From the NCBI GenBank assembly GCA_002633005.1, contig NMRA01000673.1, forward strand, positions 1 through 64,000: 64,000 nucleotides of DNA, in the 5' to 3' direction. Source of the DNA: Phoronis australis (taxonomy: Eukaryota; Animalia; Phoronida). Under the pieces are notes generated by a model. It worked only from the letters and a program-made list of their open reading frames with translations, was not told the origin of the DNA and made no database searches. Position numbers and translations under genes: made by a program. Of this stretch, positions 51,416 to 64,000 are shown in pieces (positions within the stretch are counted from its first letter, which is position 1; each line of letters begins with the position of its first letter).

Positions 51416-53279
51416 CCATGTGCATACGTACATACATAGATACATGTACATACGTACATACACCTGTACGTAAGTATGAATGTATTTAATGCACGTATTG
51501 CTAAAAACACCAGCTTGTGGACAACGACATCCATGACTCTAATCCAAACCCTCTCAAAATACACGCAAGGTGCTCCAGCATTAAGTGCGATTGGACAAAT
51601 CCAATATTTCGGGAATTCTTGTTCACACCCGGTTACGGCCCTTTTTCAAAGGAGCAGACGCCATTTCTCAATTATTGCGGCGTGTTGATGAAGGTCACGG
51701 GACAAAAAATATTGCTAAACGGGTTTTCATCTAGTCCAAGTCTATACTGCAAATGTTTGTTAGTTTATTTTAAACGCCTGTATTAGTAGCCTACGGCAGA
51801 ACAACATTTTAACTACTGAGCAGGTTTTTGTCCTGAATAAATTTGTCTTTCTACTGATGCTACAGGTGTACGTGCGCAACGTTCACGGCGACGACTTTTT
51901 CGTCCCACACCTTATTTATTCTTAACCAATAATCCGCGTTTGTTCTAGAGCGTGGACAAGTCGCGTTTATTAATCCACCCATCTCATTTTGCTGTAAGGA
52001 AACAGATGGAAGATTTAGTTTTCGAGGAAAACGTCTCCCAAACGCTATTTGTTCGTTTTGTAGTGATGGTCGAAGTACTGTTTACTGTACATTACCATTG
52101 CCGTTAAGTAAACTGAGCAATAACTGAGACTAAGAAATATTTTTTTGGTTCTCTTTCTTCTTTAAAATCAAAATGTTTCGTTTTTTCCAGTTCTCTACCA
52201 GCCGTTCCAACAAATATTGTTTTCAGAAATTAACAAGAATGTCAGTTAAATGTTTAAATGTTAACAGAATACATGCAGAGGTAAATATTTAAAAATAATT
52301 AATGTCCAACTTCACAGAATACCAGTGTGTGCCTGTAAGCAATAATCGTTATGTTTGTAAACATCGTGCACGTTTCAAACGTGATTTTTTGTATACATGT
52401 AAATTGGCCTATTTTTCACAAGTTTTGTAATTGTCTTTCTTAGGTTAAACGAATCTTGAAAGTACTTTTTGTTCAGTATACTGGGTGTTAGTTTTATTAC
52501 AAATATGTTCTCTAAGGATGTTGCCATGAATAACACGCACTGCCATTCTTTGGTACAGGCATTATTGCGTGATCATGCATGTTCTACCCAAAGCGTTTTA
52601 GTTCACATACCAAACCATTTCTGTCAATAGTTTTTCTCAAAGCACTCAATCTCCACTCACCAAATAGTTGTCTAAATCGCCTTCGCGCCATGGGGCACCA
52701 CCGACTCCCTCAAAAATCAAAGCCAGTCCCAGAGTCAAAAACACGAACACCTTGTCCCACGCCATGTTTGAGTTAAACTGTCGACAGGCTACTAGATTAC
52801 GCGGGATTACGTTCTGGCTACAAGAATAGCTCGCCAGCTTGTTGACCACGTTTCTATCATCTTACCTAAGAGAGGTAGAGGTCTATTGTCAATGGACAAT
52901 GTCCGTTTACGTCACCACCCTTAAGCTCACACCCGACAAGTACATGTACAAGTAGTCTGGGTTTTGGCAGGCAGTTAAGGGCATTCTCTGTACCCAGATG
53001 TGACGTCATTCAACTTTAGTTTAGGACTAGCCTACGTCGAGCGGTTGTTTAATGCACATGTACATGGCTTAAATTGGACCCGAAAATAGAAACACACTTG
53101 TTAGACCGTATTGTCAATACGGCAGGTGATGAATACTTTTCCATTCAGGTAATGACGACGGGGATCATTTTATTAAACTTAAGGCATATCTTGGACACAA
53201 TAATACTTTTGGAGTTGCGCTATGCTGCAACCATTTAAACTCGTGTATACCAGTAATTTAAGTACAGTAATTTCACTAA

Positions 53280-53323
53280 TATTATTGTTACTTCTACTGT
53301 TACTATTATTATTCTTATAATTG

Positions 53324-53369
<46 letters not shown>

Positions 53370-53560
53370 TATTACTATTATTTCTATTGTCATTTTATTG
53401 TTATCGTTATCATTATTGTTTTTATTCTTCTTATTATTGTTTTAGTTGTTGTTGTTGTTGTTATTATTGTTATTTTTATCATCATCATTTTTATTAACAT
53501 TATCAGTATTATTATTTTTTGTTAGTGTTTTTATTGTCGTTATTATTGTTATTGTTGTTT
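53280..53560. repeat. Compound (ATT/CAT/GTT)n low-complexity repeat
   Basis: Direct reading; pure (CAT)n at about 53325-53367. Confidence 0.95.
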
Positions 53561-54659
53561 TTTAATGTCGGTATTTGGTTTTAGTCAGCTGTGTCCAAAT
53601 AGTCAAAATTTCGTCAAGATAAACAACCCGTCCTCTTTGCCGAAAGCAACACACGCTGGGAGAGCTTTAAGCTGGATTCACATCATACGGCGGAGAAAAC
53701 TTTCGAAAAAGGGTAGTAGTGTCTCTACCCAAAATACTGCGGTTCGAACCAAATGGGAATACAAGTGCATGTTGCCCGAAATTACGGGCGTAATTACGAT
53801 AAAGACTTTGCTCGTGTTAAACGACCGAAATTGTTCTCCAGTATTTACGCTGGTAATTACGACACACACTTTTTGTTGGTGTGTTGCGAACGTAATCATC
53901 GGCCAGTGTCATTTACAGGCACTGCTTGAGACGTTTCACTACACAATTGGACCTACATGTATGGCAATGCACCCACCAACAAAATATTAAATTGGTGAGA
54001 AATGCTTCATCTTGAAATACACAGAAAACACTTAATGGTTGTATTTTGCATACATTTTGTTAGCCTACAAAAGTTGCCAAGATATGTCTATTTCAAATAA
54101 TTCAATGCTTGGCATTTGATTGAGACATCATGCAATAATAGATTAATGCAGTGAAATAGATGCTGGCTCCAGATTGCTTAGCTCTAGTTCGAAAACTGCT
54201 AGAGACCAAGTTTTCGATTGTGGGTATTATCACGTTAATCTTGATATCTATATAAAGAAGGATAAAGCAGTTGTTCCGAAACGGGATTGCAAAGAAGGCA
54301 ATCTTGTTTACCTGGACCCCTTCAAACATTCCGTTGCATTCATACAATTCAGTCATTGCGAAACGCCGGCCACATTTCATTGACAGGCGATTAACTACAT
54401 GTATGTCTTTTTCTATACCCCTACACGTAAGCAGACGGCGGAAGCGAATGCATTTGTATAGTTACTACATCTTAACATGTATTCAATGGACATTGAGTGT
54501 TAGTTTACTTGCATTGAGTTGCCTGGCCCCCAGGTCCCGATGGTTTCATGTTACGCACGACCCCAGTAAAAGGTTCAACTTTGAATAATTTCGAAAAAAA
54601 ATCATTTTTCAGAAATGGTTGATCCAAAGAGGAAAGTTCAAAGGGAGAAGACTTAACAT

Positions 54660-55250
54660 TCAGGCAACCGCACTGCTGGAGTGTTCATTCCCTACGTTCA
54701 GGGACTGCCTGACCTCCTCAAGCCTGGCATTTTAACAGTTTGACATATTTATCATCCACAGACCATTTAATTCCGTACACAGCTTACTGGTTAATGTCAA
54801 GGACAAAACTCCTGTGGGTAATAAAAAATGTGTAAGGACTCCCGGTGCTCAGACAGCGAAATAGGTAAAACGAAACAGTCTTTTACAATGCGCACTGAGT
54901 CAAATAGTTCATGTTAAAGACAAGACTCCTGAGGGTAATAGGTCATGTGCAGTCTATAGTTTTAAATGTAAGGAGCCTTGATGTTCAGACAACTATAAAG
55001 CTGAAACGAAAAAGTCCTTAAAAATGCGAATGTCACAACATCGTCGTCCTTAACGGGCCGGGGACACACATGGCTCGGTTATTTTTAATCACTTATGTTG
55101 ATTTCAATATTGATAATGTCACGATCCTGGACTTTGTTTTGTTTCAGAAGGGGTGTCAAAGAATCTCTCCACGAACGTATCCAGAGCCCCTCTCAGAATA
55201 AACCAGGTGGATTAAGATTCCATCTGTCCACTTATGGGAGAGTGGTCGGA
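54660..55250 (+). mobile_element. Decayed Penelope-like GIY-YIG endonuclease fragment with internal tandem duplication
   Basis: IPYVQGL, LLVNVKDKTP, CAVYSFKC, ETK.SL.MRM.QHRR, NVTILD, GVKES; KDKTP segment present twice. Confidence 0.7.
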
Positions 55251-57470
55251 GCTCGATGCCCCGTGTCTGGTTAAAACGCCGCATATTGGCAAGAACGATA
55301 ACAACACCACTAGCCAAGCTGAACTCCGTGAGAGATGGACGCATCGCAGCTAACTTAAGTAAGCAAATTCTAGTATTTGGCTCGATTTTCTGTGTTTTGC
55401 TCTCCTAGCAGTTGTTGCCAAGTGTTCTTTGAATGAGCAATTTTACATTAGGGACTCGCAAATAAAAGCATTTTTGTGACTGTCATGAAATCTAAAAGTT
55501 GCAGAAAATAGAATAACAATACTATAAAAACTACAACGACGTTCTGTGCAGTTCTTTTTGAGATTTCATGTTAATGGAAATTTCGTAAGTTATGTAATGG
55601 ATACTGTTGTTTGGCTATCAACGTATCTTCGCTTTATTCTATTTTTTCTATGCAAATACATGTATGGGCGTGACCCAACGAATGGAAGATTAGTGAAAAG
55701 TCAAAAATTGAATTCCGTCGGGTTTTCTACTGTCAGAAAATGCGTACTTCATACTCTTTTCCAAGTTAAAGTCTATGGTTGTGTAGATAATAGACAAAAT
55801 ACAGGGCTTTTTCGTAAGGTATTCTTGGCTTGAGATTATGTCCCAAGTTTAGGGCCCGGTTACCTGATCTTGAATTAAACCCTCGTCTTAATTCTTGAAA
55901 TATCTACGTGTACATTTACATTTGTGAAACTCTCTTCAACACCCGGTTAATCAATAAAATGTGCCAAAGTACTGAAGATTTGAGCCTCAGTAACAAAGTC
56001 AAGGCCTTCTTGAAGACTCGGACTGATGAAACCAATTGTCGTATGAGAGCCAACAATGCAAACTTGAGGATTAAAAAGCCTTGGAAAAACGCGCCAAATT
56101 TAAACTCATCCCTTCGAAGCTTGGATCACTAACAGCACAACCTGTGTCTGGAGTCTGAATGGAGCTATGTTCAACTGTAGCACCCCAGGAGATGCAACAG
56201 TGATTAGTTTGTCTGCTGTAAGTATGCCCAAGACTAGCTGCCCAGTCATTAGTCTACTTTAGGCTGCCGTTACTACCAGAGAGTCACAGGTAGGGATGTC
56301 AGCACTTGGTGCTAGTGATGTGACGGTTACTACATGTAACCGCCAAAGAGGACGGAAGAGGAAATTTTAAGCCACGCGGTCAAGTTTTGCGCAAGATTGA
56401 TGGGGGGACATCCATTTTACAGGAATCCTCAGTGGAGAAAGATGTCTGAGATGAAACCTCCAAGGTAGGCGCACTACTAACAGTTGTTTCGGCCTTTTGT
56501 GCTGGAATAAAGCCCCTGGTAACAAAAATAGTAGCGGTCTGCTACAGGTACTAGTCGTGCGCCGGGTGCTTAGATGGGCGTCTTATACCCAATCAGCTGG
56601 AACCTTGTTGATGCTCGTTACTAAATAGTTAAAACACAGCTTAGGAATAGATACCCGACTAAAAATCTTAGCACGGTCTCCTGCTGGATCTTGAGTAACA
56701 AAATGGGACCCATTCCAGGAAACATATACAGGCGCAAAAACTGTGGAAATAAGCGAACATTTATCCCACTAGTCTATGATGCCTCCATTTCATTGATAAA
56801 AGGTCATGTGTATTTTTATTGGGCTTGACTACGGCTTGTGACCGGGAGTCCTTATCTGACAATTGACCAATTCCTGGCCGTTGGATGACGCCGTAAGAGG
56901 GAAATGATTGTATTCTCCGTTGATTCAAATATTCCTTACTAACCGAATATGTAATGAGCATTGCCTTCACCTTGGCTTAAAAGAGCATCTTCATTCTTCG
57001 TTTTGTCGAGCAAACCCTAAACATCTTTCAAAATCACGCATCCTTGAAAATTGACAAAGTTCGGTCGTTTTCTCCCATGTAAAGAAATCGTCTAATAACG
57101 GGGGGAATTCTCTACTAATTCATCAGAGTTATTTTGTTTCTTGTTTCTCAAGTTTAAAGTTTAGAAACAGGAAACACGATAAACGCGTTATGAATGTCAT
57201 GGTGAAAAAGTGATACGCGTGAAGATTGAAAAAACTGATATGAATGCATGGTGTGTCGACGTTTTGAAACGAGTTTTCAAATTCGTAAACCCATTCTTAG
57301 CTTTTTGCCGAGTAACCAATACATATCTGAGAAACTCGAAATTCACGAGGTCGCAAATGACCCTCATCACAGGAATGCCTCCAGGCTTACGTCCTGTTTG
57401 CTAGTAAGTATCTAGTCGCCCATCGCTGTGGTAGCTCACAGAAGTCAGACTAATTTGATCCATGGAATCT

Positions 57471-57476
57471 TTTATT
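57471..57476 (-). terminator. Putative polyadenylation signal AATAAA of gene A
   Basis: AATAAA about 180 nt after the stop; same context as in gene B. Confidence 0.6.
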
Positions 57477-57655
57477 CAAAATTTAACAAAATAACAGCTC
57501 AATGCTAGAACATTTCGGTTCACAAAATAGCCCTTGGTTTACACTTCGGGCGAGTCACACATGTATTAGGAAGAAGCAAACAACACATCTGCAGTTGAAG
57601 AAAAAATAACTCTGGGTTAAATGATAGTTAGGCGTTTCCGTCAATTGGTGGCGCT

Positions 57656-57742
57656 TCAAGTACATTGGCCGATAACAAACTGGAACTGGTCGACTGCTAT
57701 ATCACCTCGCCACGTGGTCCCACGAGATCCGCTTACCACCAG
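57656..57742 (-). CDS. Gene A terminal coding exon (LVVSGSRGTTWRGDIAVDQFQFVIGQCT*)
   Basis: 87 nt, phase 0, TGA stop. Confidence 0.92.
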   Translation of the reverse strand: MVVSGSRGTTWRGDIAVDQFQFVIGQCT

Positions 57743-60700
57743 CTGAAAAGAAATGTCGCATATTCAAATTACCATCGCGAAATCTGTTCCGCGTTAACTG
57801 CTGGGACCGAGTACGTTCTTTAACAATAACAAGTCGGATTTTTCGGCGGACCGCGGGTAATTTGTTAGCGATTATTCTTAAAGAATGCACGAAAACGCAA
57901 TTTTGGGGATTGTTTGTACAATGGCGATTCGCCATACATAAACTTCGTTTGATTTGAAATTTAGCTTCTTATTTGCCAAACGACGGCTCCAGCAACATTG
58001 AATTCTGTTTAGGTTTCCTAACACTCTCAATTGGGTCAAGAGTGTTTGGTCAGCTTGATTTCGAGCAAAAAACAAACTAGTCAGTTCTGTAGCTGCTGCA
58101 GCCCACAAGCACAAGCAATCGGGCAGGTGAAATGGTGGGTGGGGGGGGGGGGGGGGNTCGCTACCCAAATTAGGACAGAAAGAGGACTAAATAATTAACA
58201 CTTTTAAAATTGTGATCTGATTATCCCCTAATCAGCATGAAGTACATTATGCGCTTAACATACTTAGACAAGTCTCAATTTAATAAGGAACATGTTAAGA
58301 TCAGTTTAATTATTCTTTTCTATTGCTTTTAAAACTGATAAAACGTGATGTTTCTTCATGAAGAGCACAACCTACCACTGACGAGTAGTAAGTAGTCATG
58401 GTTATGGATGTGTAGTGCCACGCGTCTCCGTGAGGCCCAGACCTTTTGAACAACTGGTGGCTATGCCTGTTGGAGTCAACCAGGGTAATTTCCAAATCTC
58501 CCATGCCACTGCCGCCGTGCATGTGCCAGTTGAAGGAGAAACAATACGTTCCAGCTATAAAAGGTAAGGGAATTAATAAACCACGGGAAGTACGGGGTGA
58601 AACTGTTGTCGACATGTAGGGATGGATGTGTACAACGCTGCCATGTTCTTGCTTCACTAAGGAAACTTTCATGGCATGTTCTCGAACCACTTGCGTCATA
58701 CTGTGTGATCTGGAACATCAGCTTGGAGTCTGGAGTGTAACAACTGTCAACCAGCAATCTCTGTGTAAACACAAGCAAAACAAAAAATTTCACCTAGACG
58801 GTGCCCCAAAAATAGCGAATCTTTGAAAGTCTTATTCAACTTTAAATGCATTGCCAGTTGAGAGGGGTCATAAACGTTTTCGTTGGTTTCAACTGTTTTA
58901 GACACACACCCCCCGAAACTGTTGTTAGTAGGATACCAAACCCGTAGACAGATAAACAAAATGACTCTCATCCAGTTCTTAGAAACAAATTAACGATCTA
59001 AAACTTTAGACAACTCTCCAAATTTGGATCAAACTTTGAAAACTCCTTCCAAAGCCTGTTACAGAGACAACTGTAACCTACTCTTTACCCCGCAGTTGGT
59101 AAAGACCACCAACCAAGAACCATATTTTTTAATTTATGACAAAGCGAGTATGAGTGTTTAGTTGAATCGCGCTTTTATCATTCAATCGTGACGACAATGA
59201 TGCAATAGGAGGTGACAGAAGGAGCATTTGAGGATATAACCATTTTTGCTTTAGTATCTGTTTGTATTTTATGTCTCAAACATAGTGTTCATTCTTTGCA
59301 ACCGAACGCTAACAGTCCATTCAGTAATCTCAACTTTTTGTACACCTTCTATTACGCTTAGCGAAGTTTGTTGTCAGTTGAACACAATTATGACGGCTGC
59401 AGACTATAAACCATAGCGGCTGATAAACCATCACCTTCCGTCCGAGATTGTTGTTTATGAAATGTTTTGAGTGTAATGTAGGTTACTATGAGATCATGAC
59501 CATCAACGATACCTGAGAATGACGGAGAAATTAGTTTCGCAACATCTCCATTGGCACGTGGGCTAGAAACCTCGGTGTAAATGTAGCCGGGTGATCCTCC
59601 ACTGCCCCCTTGCGGACCCGTGCTATCCGACGGTGTGGCTCCCTGGAGGCAGAAATAATATAAGCCATTAAATATAAATCCCCACTTTCAAGATGAGAAT
59701 AGCCACACTCTACAACAAGATTGCCGGATAATCCGGGGGGCAGCATCTTTACTTTACAACAAGACGTAACCTGTACAACGTGGTAACGAAATGTGCTGCT
59801 ATGCATGTCCCCCAAAAGTAAACACGAACCTCGACTAGTAGGAAATAGTGCAAGTGATCTCAGATAGGAAATGCGTAGGCCTCAGTATGAGGGCAGGTTG
59901 CACCACACTACATATCTTGTGACGAATGCGGAAAATGTCCAGTATAGAACAAAGTGAGTGGAAACCCACCGTCTTCGCAGTCCAGTCGAAATCGTCGGTA
60001 GGGTCTTGATGCCAGTTGCAAAGATTACCGCTATCGAAGTTGCAAGACAAACCAGGGTCTGAAACATTTAAAAGAGCAGCGGCGTAAAGACAATGATTAA
60101 GCTCTGGGTAAAACATCTACCATGCCTGTTCGTGTTTTGATGCTATACATGTACATGTACATCAACATAACCCTCAATTCGCATTGCATGCCAAATGCTA
60201 TAAACCTGCGCTCTGTTCAAGCAGCAAACTTTTGTTTTAGACCAAATGACTGCTTCAAAATTGCCGTATCGCAAACTCCGGCCCCATGCAAAATGCCGAC
60301 AAACAAACCATACTTTTACCCGGCAAAGTGTTCTTTGTCGGGTAAAATGGCGGCTTGGAAACCTAGGTGTGTCGAGAATGCCGAGTTCTGGTTGGTCACT
60401 TGAGCCGTCTCTCAAAGTCCTGGCGATCGGTCAATTGACCTCAACTTACATGTAACTGTCTTTAATAACGATGAGAAGTGATTTCTGAGTTCAGTAAGTC
60501 CTGACTTTTAGTCGTTCCTAAAACAATGCTCGGCACATAAAATAACACAGTCACAAGTCATCTTTTACATGTACATGTAGGGCGTGATCTTGAGGAATAA
60601 CAAGTTGGCATGGGAAACCAGTCTTTCTAAGCCGCATTGACAATTGAATAAGGACAAATTTCATTACGGAAAGTGGTCTTAATCACTAAGGTTGTTTTTG

Positions 60701-61755
60701 TAATGAAAAGTGACATAGATACTTTCCAAGACCAAGAAAAACACCAGATAACCATTCTGTAGTCAGAGAGATTATACGTCTGAACCCACCGTTTAGTAAG
60801 GGAAAACGCGCTCGCAACAAAAGTGGAGCCAGATTTAAGAAGTTAGTCTCTCACAAAACGAAATCGTTTTTATTTCTCACCTCCACAAGTACCCTGGGCA
60901 ATATTAAAATCGTAACCTCTTAAGAGGNNNNNNNNNNNNNNNNNNNNNNNNNNNNNNNNNNNNNNNNNNNNNNNNNNNNNNNNNNNNNNNNNNNNNNNNN
61001 NNNNNNNNNNNNNNNNNNNNNNNNNNNNNNNNNNNNNNNNNNNNNNNNNNNNNNNNNNNNNNNNNNNNNNNNNNNNNNNNNNNNNNNNNNNNNNNNNNNN
61101 NNNNNNNNNNNNNNNNNNNNNNNNNNNNNNNNNNNNNNNNNNNNNNNNNNNNNNNNNNNNNNNNNNNNNNNNNNNNNNNNNNNNNNNNNNNNNNNNNNNN
61201 NNNNNNNNNNNNNCCTCTTAAAAAGATACATGTACCAATCCCGGTTTTGACCTATTAACAGATAGTTAAAACGACATTCCTTCTAGTTCTCTGAAACAAA
61301 ATAATGCTCTGTAACCCCAGACAATCTCGGTTTCGAACAAAATTTGAAAATCTCGTAGGAAATCTGCTAAACGGGCGAAAGGAGAATTACGAGTTGCAGG
61401 ACAACTGGGGAAAAGACCACCAACCAAGAACCATGATGTCATAGCTGTGACACACAGAGTATGCATTTTAGTTGACTCCTACATGTACTGCTCAAGTGGT
61501 AGGCCAGAGATCCATTAAAAGGTGACAGAACGAAGGTTCATTGAAAACACCAAAACATCCTTTTAAAATGGGACTTTGTTGTTTTTGTACGTTGACAAGT
61601 GCGTATACAACACCGCCATCTTCTGTAACTTGATGATTGCGGTTGATGTTACCTGTGGGGGCCGTAGTCCCATGACAGGCTCCTAGGCGTAAGTGCAGAG
61701 AGTCGATTGCTATATCACCCTTCCATGTAGAATCTTTGCTGGCCGAGATCAACAG
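57656..61755 (-). CDS. Gene A (partial): 3' end of a tandem paralog of gene B; end of the penultimate MAM plus complete last MAM; continues beyond the window
   Basis: Five exons with the same sizes (103, 89, 130, 179, 87 nt) and phases as the last five exons of gene B; introns alignable. Confidence 0.92.
58376..58554 (-). CDS. Gene A exon, last MAM part c (GTYCFSFNWHMHGGSGMGDL...SGPHGDAWH)
   Basis: 179 nt, phase 1-0. Confidence 0.92.
59513..59642 (-). CDS. Gene A exon, last MAM part b (GATPSDSTGP...GYIYTEVSSPRANGDVAKLISP)
   Basis: 130 nt, phase 0-1. Confidence 0.92.
59970..60058 (-). CDS. Gene A exon, last MAM part a (PGLSCNFDSGNLCNWHQDPTDDFDWTAKT)
   Basis: 89 nt, phase 1-0. Confidence 0.92.
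61653..61755 (-). CDS. Gene A exon, MAM part d (LLISASKDSTWKGDIAIDSLHLRLGACHGTTAPT)
   Basis: 103 nt, phase 0-1; paralog of 7147-7249. Confidence 0.92.
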
Positions 61756-62199
61756 CTAAAATGAAACAGAACAGCAAATGCTGTATCAAAAAAATTATAC
61801 ACTCAGTCGCTTTCACAATAACGAAAGGTGAGCTAAATATAACCCGGTAATTAAACAACGGTCAAAAAGACAAAGCGATGGGTTAATTCTCTTGCCATCA
61901 AAATGTTGTGCTGCAAATGACTGTCTCCTTTGAAATTCGCCCGCATTTATGCAATACAAGACTTCAGGCAAAAATCGGTAAGTGGAGTCTTATCATTAGT
62001 CAAACAAGCGATTATATGCGTCCACTGTGTGCCAGACAAACGTGATGATCTTTCTTTTAAACAATTCCCTGAAGTGTAGCAACACTGGAAAAATACCCGT
62101 AGCGGACGTAATGCGAGTCTTCTATGCTTTACTCGATTAGGAAATGCTTGCCACCTCTCGTCAACATTTCCCCCCGCAGTCTGGACAAAAATTAGAAAC

Positions 62200-63515
62200 A
62201 AGAGCAACGCGGAGCATTGAAATACGCCCACGAATGCATTGCAAATGGTGTGTTTTTACGGTTATTTATTTGTATCATAAAAATGGCCACTATATGGCCC
62301 AAAACATACAGTCCATCCAAAAACAGGAAAATGCCATATTTCATAAAAATCAGTCAAGCAACTTCGGAGAAACAAAGGAAAACAGAATGAAATGAAATTT
62401 CCACTAGTGGGCACAGACTCCGTTGGATCTGCCTGAAAGTCGTCGTCGTCTGTTGCTATCTTCATACAAATACACTTACTAAATTAGTAAAGATCCTGAA
62501 ATGGGTTTAGGAGATACAACTATGGACGCAAAACAAAACTACAACTAGGAGGCGCCACAGTAGTCAGTCACCATCATCATAGGTCGTCTTCACATTGAGA
62601 ACATATATATTTAATAAATATTTTCAAATGAATTGGTTGATACAGGGGTGGAAGCCAAAAACACGGTTTGAAAACAGAGAAAATGGCCACTAGGTGTTGC
62701 AAAATACCTCGATTACATCCAAAAACAGAAAGATAGAGTTATCACACCAATAGATGCCTATATTTAAAATTTTATGACAATCTGTTGAGGACCTTTGAAG
62801 ATACGTAAAAAAACTAAAATTTCCACTAGGGGGCACAGCAGTAGTCTGATCTGTCCGAAGTCGTCGTCATCGTAGTCACCATCATATAAATACACTTGCC
62901 AAATTAAGTAAAGACCGTGCAAACAGTTTAGGAGATATAGCCATAGGCGCAAAAAAAACTGCCACTAGGAGGCGCCACAGTAGTCGAAATCGTCGAAAAA
63001 TCATCGTCAACCGTTCTATTTATAATAAGCAAATACATGCCAATTTTCAAATTCATCTTTTGAGCGGTTTGGTTGATAGAGTGGTGGAAGCAAAAAAAAA
63101 CGACTGGAAAACAGTAAAAATGGCCACTAGGTGGAGCAAACTACGTCAAATTCATCCGAAAACAGGAGGATAGCTTCACCTCACTAATATGTGCCTACAG
63201 TACATACCAAATTTCATGGAAATCCGTTAAGGACTTTTTAAGATACAAAGGTAAGCGTAAAAAACTAAAAAAGCCACTAGGGCGCACACCGGTAGTGGGA
63301 TTCCTCCGAAAAGTCGCTCATGCCGTCCCATTCACAACTGCAACATATGTGCCAAAGTTCATGAACGTACGTCAAAGGGATTTGGTGATAGAGCAGCGGA
63401 CGCCGGACGCCGGCCGGACGGACGCCGAACGGACGGAGGGACGGACAGACGGACGGACGGACGGAGATGACGGCATAATACGTCCACACATAAACATGTG
63501 GGCGCATAAAAAGGG
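62200..63515 (+). mobile_element. Best-preserved copy of the GCCACTAGGGGGC family; HINE-like with internal tandem units, (GGAC)n microsatellite and 3' hairpin
   Basis: Repeated AAAATGGCCACTAGG units; (ACGG)n at about 63400-63465; imperfect hairpin 63478-63507 then AAAAA; absent at the paralogous gene B site near 7750-7800. Confidence 0.65.
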
Positions 63516-64000
63516 AAGTACGCATCGTGCACGACGGTCAAATGTAGCCGGAGAAGGCCTTGTGCTGTAGTCTACGTCATAGTAACCAGTCTGTTAAATT
63601 CCATAAACATCCATCAAGGAACCTGATGGATCAAAAATGCTAAGAAAAACAAATTGCCACTAGGGGCATCAGTTGGATTTGTCTCCAAACACACATCAGT
63701 TGTAATCTCGCCGATAAAGCACACGGAGATTTGAAGACGACCTGTCAAGGAACTCTGTAGGCATTGAAACACAGGCAAGAACTACCCGTATATAGAGTCG
63801 GAAATCCCCAAAGTCATCATCAACCTCCCGTCCACGTCCAACAGGAAACATCTTACTCGACAAATAGATATCGAGGCAGGGGCAAAAGTAAAATTTCCAC
63901 CACCGGATTCAGCTGCAGCCTGAATGGTCCCATTCAAATTCACGAAAATCCTTTAGAGTAGTCAGGTTCGTCCGAAAATCAGTGTAAGCCTCGCTATCTC

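Noticed and set aside
51269-51564. His-Thr repeat ORFs
   Set aside because: Translation of (CA)n
55950-56750. Coding-like composition, possible retroelement ORF1 remnant
   Set aside because: No motif I could identify; multiple stops

Overview
Intron-rich, repeat-rich eukaryotic (invertebrate animal-like) DNA with three N gaps; no prokaryotic features. The main content is a minus-strand multi-exon gene ('gene B'). I could place 27 of its exons between 47990 and 1867. They encode an astacin (M12A) zinc metalloprotease: acidic duplicated propeptide - astacin - EGF - CUB - EGF - 4 x MAM. The 3' end of a close tandem paralog ('gene A', last 5 exons, 61755-57656) lies about 55.8 kb away. Gene B has two splice-phase anomalies: no last exon for MAM1, and a MAM2 exon that is 1 nt short. 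A single exon-skipping event would bypass both. It also has one GC-AG intron, and I could not find its signal-peptide exon. Introns hold a truncated THAP (Kolobok-like) transposon next to its apparent empty site, decayed L1/Tx1 and Penelope fragments, hAT- and Tc1-type MITEs, Helentron-like non-autonomous elements, a tRNA-like SINE head and microsatellites. There is also a strong excess of TACATGTA, which resembles Tc1/mariner excision footprints. Exon boundaries were read by hand from splice signals and reading frame; no searches were run.
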